Positions 61,540-64,000 of a stretch of 64,000 nt of DNA are shown here, one piece after another. The stretch is taken from contig NW_024704742.1 of the NCBI RefSeq assembly GCF_018977255.1, forward strand, positions 40,302,001 through 40,366,000. Reading direction: 5' to 3'. Each line of letters begins with the position of its first letter. Position 1 is the first letter of the stretch. This DNA is from Callorhinchus milii. Taxonomy: Eukaryota. Below the pieces are notes generated by a model. That model was not told the DNA's origin, searched no databases, and saw only the letters and a program-made list of their open reading frames with translations. The position numbers and the translations under genes were made by a program.

Positions 61540-64000
61540 CCAACAGCAACTTGCGCTTATATAGTGCCTTCCATGCAAGGTAGTGTCTCAGAGCGCTTAA
61601 CACTGGCGGAGCCTGACTCCGAGCCAGGGGGAGGATGAGGTGGCCATAAGCACAGTCGAAGAGGAAAGTTTTCAGCCAGGACTTGAAAGAGGGGAGAGGG
61701 GTAAGGTGAAGGGATTGAGGTAGAGTGTTCCAGAGGTTTGGGGCATAGAGCTGAAAGCGCGACCTCCAATGGTGGGGCGGAGGGTGCGAGGGACAAGCAG
61801 GCGGCCAGTGCCAGTCGGGCGGAAGCGCCAGGTGGTGGATTGAGGAGTGAGGAGGTTGGAGAGGTAGGGAGGTGCCAGGAGTGAACACATGTGTGAGGAT
61901 CTTGAAGTTGATCCGTTCGGTGATGGGGAGCCAGTGGAGCCTGACCAGAACTGGTGAGATATGGGTACGGAGTTTGGTCCGGGTCAGTATGTGGGCGGCA
62001 AAGTTTTGAATGAGCTGGATCTTGGGAATGGTGGAGCTGAGGAGACCAGCGAGGAGTGCGTTGGAGTAATCCAAGCGGGAGGTCACAAGCGCTTGCACAA
62101 GGGTTTTGGCTGCATTTGAGGTAAAGTACGGTCAGGGGCGGGCAATGTGGTGGAAGTGGAGGAAGGCAATCCTGGTCAGGGACCCGGATGTGGGGGAGGA
62201 AGGACAGTTGGGAATCGAACCGGATGCCTAGGTTGTGCACTGGTTCGGTGAGCCTGAGGGAGAGCCCAGGGAGGTTGAGGAGTTTAGATCCACAGGAATG
62301 AAGATGTTGATGGGAGCCAAGGAGTATGGCTTCCGTCTTGTCCATATTCAGTTGCAGAAAGTTTACTGATCCAGGCCTTGATGTCTGCCAGACAAGCTGA
62401 TAGAACATCGGCGGACCTGGAGTTGGTACTGGAGGAGGCAAAATAGATTTGTGTGTAATCCGCATACATGCTTCCATGTTTACCCCGTGTCTGCGGATGA
62501 CATTGCCCAGAGGGAGCATATAGATTGGGAAAAGAAGAGGGCCAAGGATGGAGCCCTGGGGTACCCCACAGGTGACCGGGTGGGGGGCAGGAGGAGAAAC
62601 CATTTGCTGAGATGAAATGGAGGCAGTTGATTAAGTAGGACTTGAACCATGCAAGTGATGTCCCACGAAGGTGGATGAGGGAGGAGAGGCGGTGGAGGAG
62701 GATGGCGTGGTTGACTGTGTCGAACATGGCAGAGAGATCCAGGAGGACAAGGAGGCAGAGGGAGCCCTGGTCACAGATAGAGAGAATGCCAATTGTGACT
62801 TTAACAAGTGCTGTCTCTGTGTTGTGGGCAGAGCGATAACCAGACTGCAGGGCCTCGAGGAGGGAGAGGTGTGACTGAAGTTGACCTGCAACAATGCATT
62901 CCAGGACTTTGGCAAGGAAGGGCAGGTTGGAGATGGGATGGTAGTGTGAGAGATTAGAGGGATCGAGGGTGGTGTTTTTGAGGAGGGGTGTGATGACAGC
63001 GGTTTTCAGGGGGAGTGGAACAGAGCCTGAGCAGAGAGACTGGTTGATCATGTCGGCCAGCAGGGGGGCGAGAAGGGGAAATTGAGTGACCAGCAGCTGG
63101 GTGGGGAGGGGGACAAGGTAGCAGGTGGTGGACTTCACCCGGGTGGAGGGAGAAGGTGGATGATCTGGGTGGGCTGGAAGGGGACATGTGGGGGGAGGAC
63201 AATGCAGCCAAGTGGATGTTTTCAATTTTTGAGGTAAAAAAGTCTAGGACCTCTTCACACTTGACGTTTGACATGAGGATGGAGGGGGTTTGAGGGGGAT
63301 GCACGGAGGAGGTGATGGGCGGTGGAAAACAGCGTCTTTGGATTGTTGTTTGCCTCCAGGATGACTTTGGAGTAAAAGTCAGCTTTGGCCTGTGATAGGG
63401 AGAGGCGGTATGTGTGGAGGTGCTCGAGCCACAGCTGGCAGTGAATCATGAGGCCATATTTCTGCCATCAGCGCTCGAGTGTCTAGGTTTGGGTTTTAAG
63501 TGAGCAGAGATGACTGTTGCACCAGGGGGAGCGGGTGGGTTTGGAAACAACCCTGGATTTCAGGGGAGCCAGGAAAATAAAGGTCGTGGAGAGACGGTCA
63601 TTCAGCAGTTTGACGGCTGCATCAGGATTGCTGCGGGTGGAGGGAGAGGAGGTCCGAGGAAGAGAGGGCATTTGTGAGGGACTCGGGGAAGCTTTTTCCA
63701 GGGGTGGAAAAAAATGTGGAGGGAGAGGGATGTGGGAGGAGAGGGAGATGAGGAAGTGGTCCAAGATGGCCTTGTCTGTGATTGACAGGTGGTAAATGTC
63801 AAGGCCATGTCTGATGACGAGGTTGACCGAGTGGCCATGGTTGTGGGTCGGCGAGTTGCTGTGGAGGGTGAGATTTAGGGAGGAGAGGAGGGCAGTGAAA
63901 TCTGAGGAGGTGGTGCAGGGGGAGTTTAGGTGGGGGTTGAAATCACCCATTATGAGCAGGTGTTCAGTGCAGAGGGACAGGGATGAGAGGAGAGAGGAGA
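61540..64000 (-). mobile_element. L2 LINE (endonuclease end, RT, 3' end); runs off the window
   Basis: ORFs 63483-63950 (GDFN), 62284-63225 (PISNLPFL, LQSGYR), 61557-62603 (VPQGSILGP) and 61529-62098. Confidence 0.93.

Overview
Repeat-rich vertebrate genomic DNA, most likely from a cartilaginous fish. The holocephalan/chimaera assignment is inferred only from the SINE/L2/CR1 repertoire. No intact host gene can be assembled. Bases 1-33 kb are mostly unique AT-rich sequence carrying scattered L2, CR1, tRNA-derived SINEs, a hAT MITE and several decayed, coding-like minus-strand segments. Bases 33-64 kb are almost entirely nested transposon remnants, nearly all on the minus strand. The main discovery is a cluster of at least two or three decayed endogenous foamy-like (spumaretrovirus-like) proviruses at about 46.3-60.9 kb. 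These show a protease, RT, tether, RNase H and integrase that resemble foamy-virus Pol, a tRNA-Lys1,2 PBS, a PPT and four related LTR copies, but no recognisable env. An R2-clade retroelement outside rDNA, a Tigger/pogo transposase and a solo LTR are nested inside the cluster. All protein comparisons were made by eye from recalled family motifs; boundaries are approximate unless a TSD or TIR is quoted.
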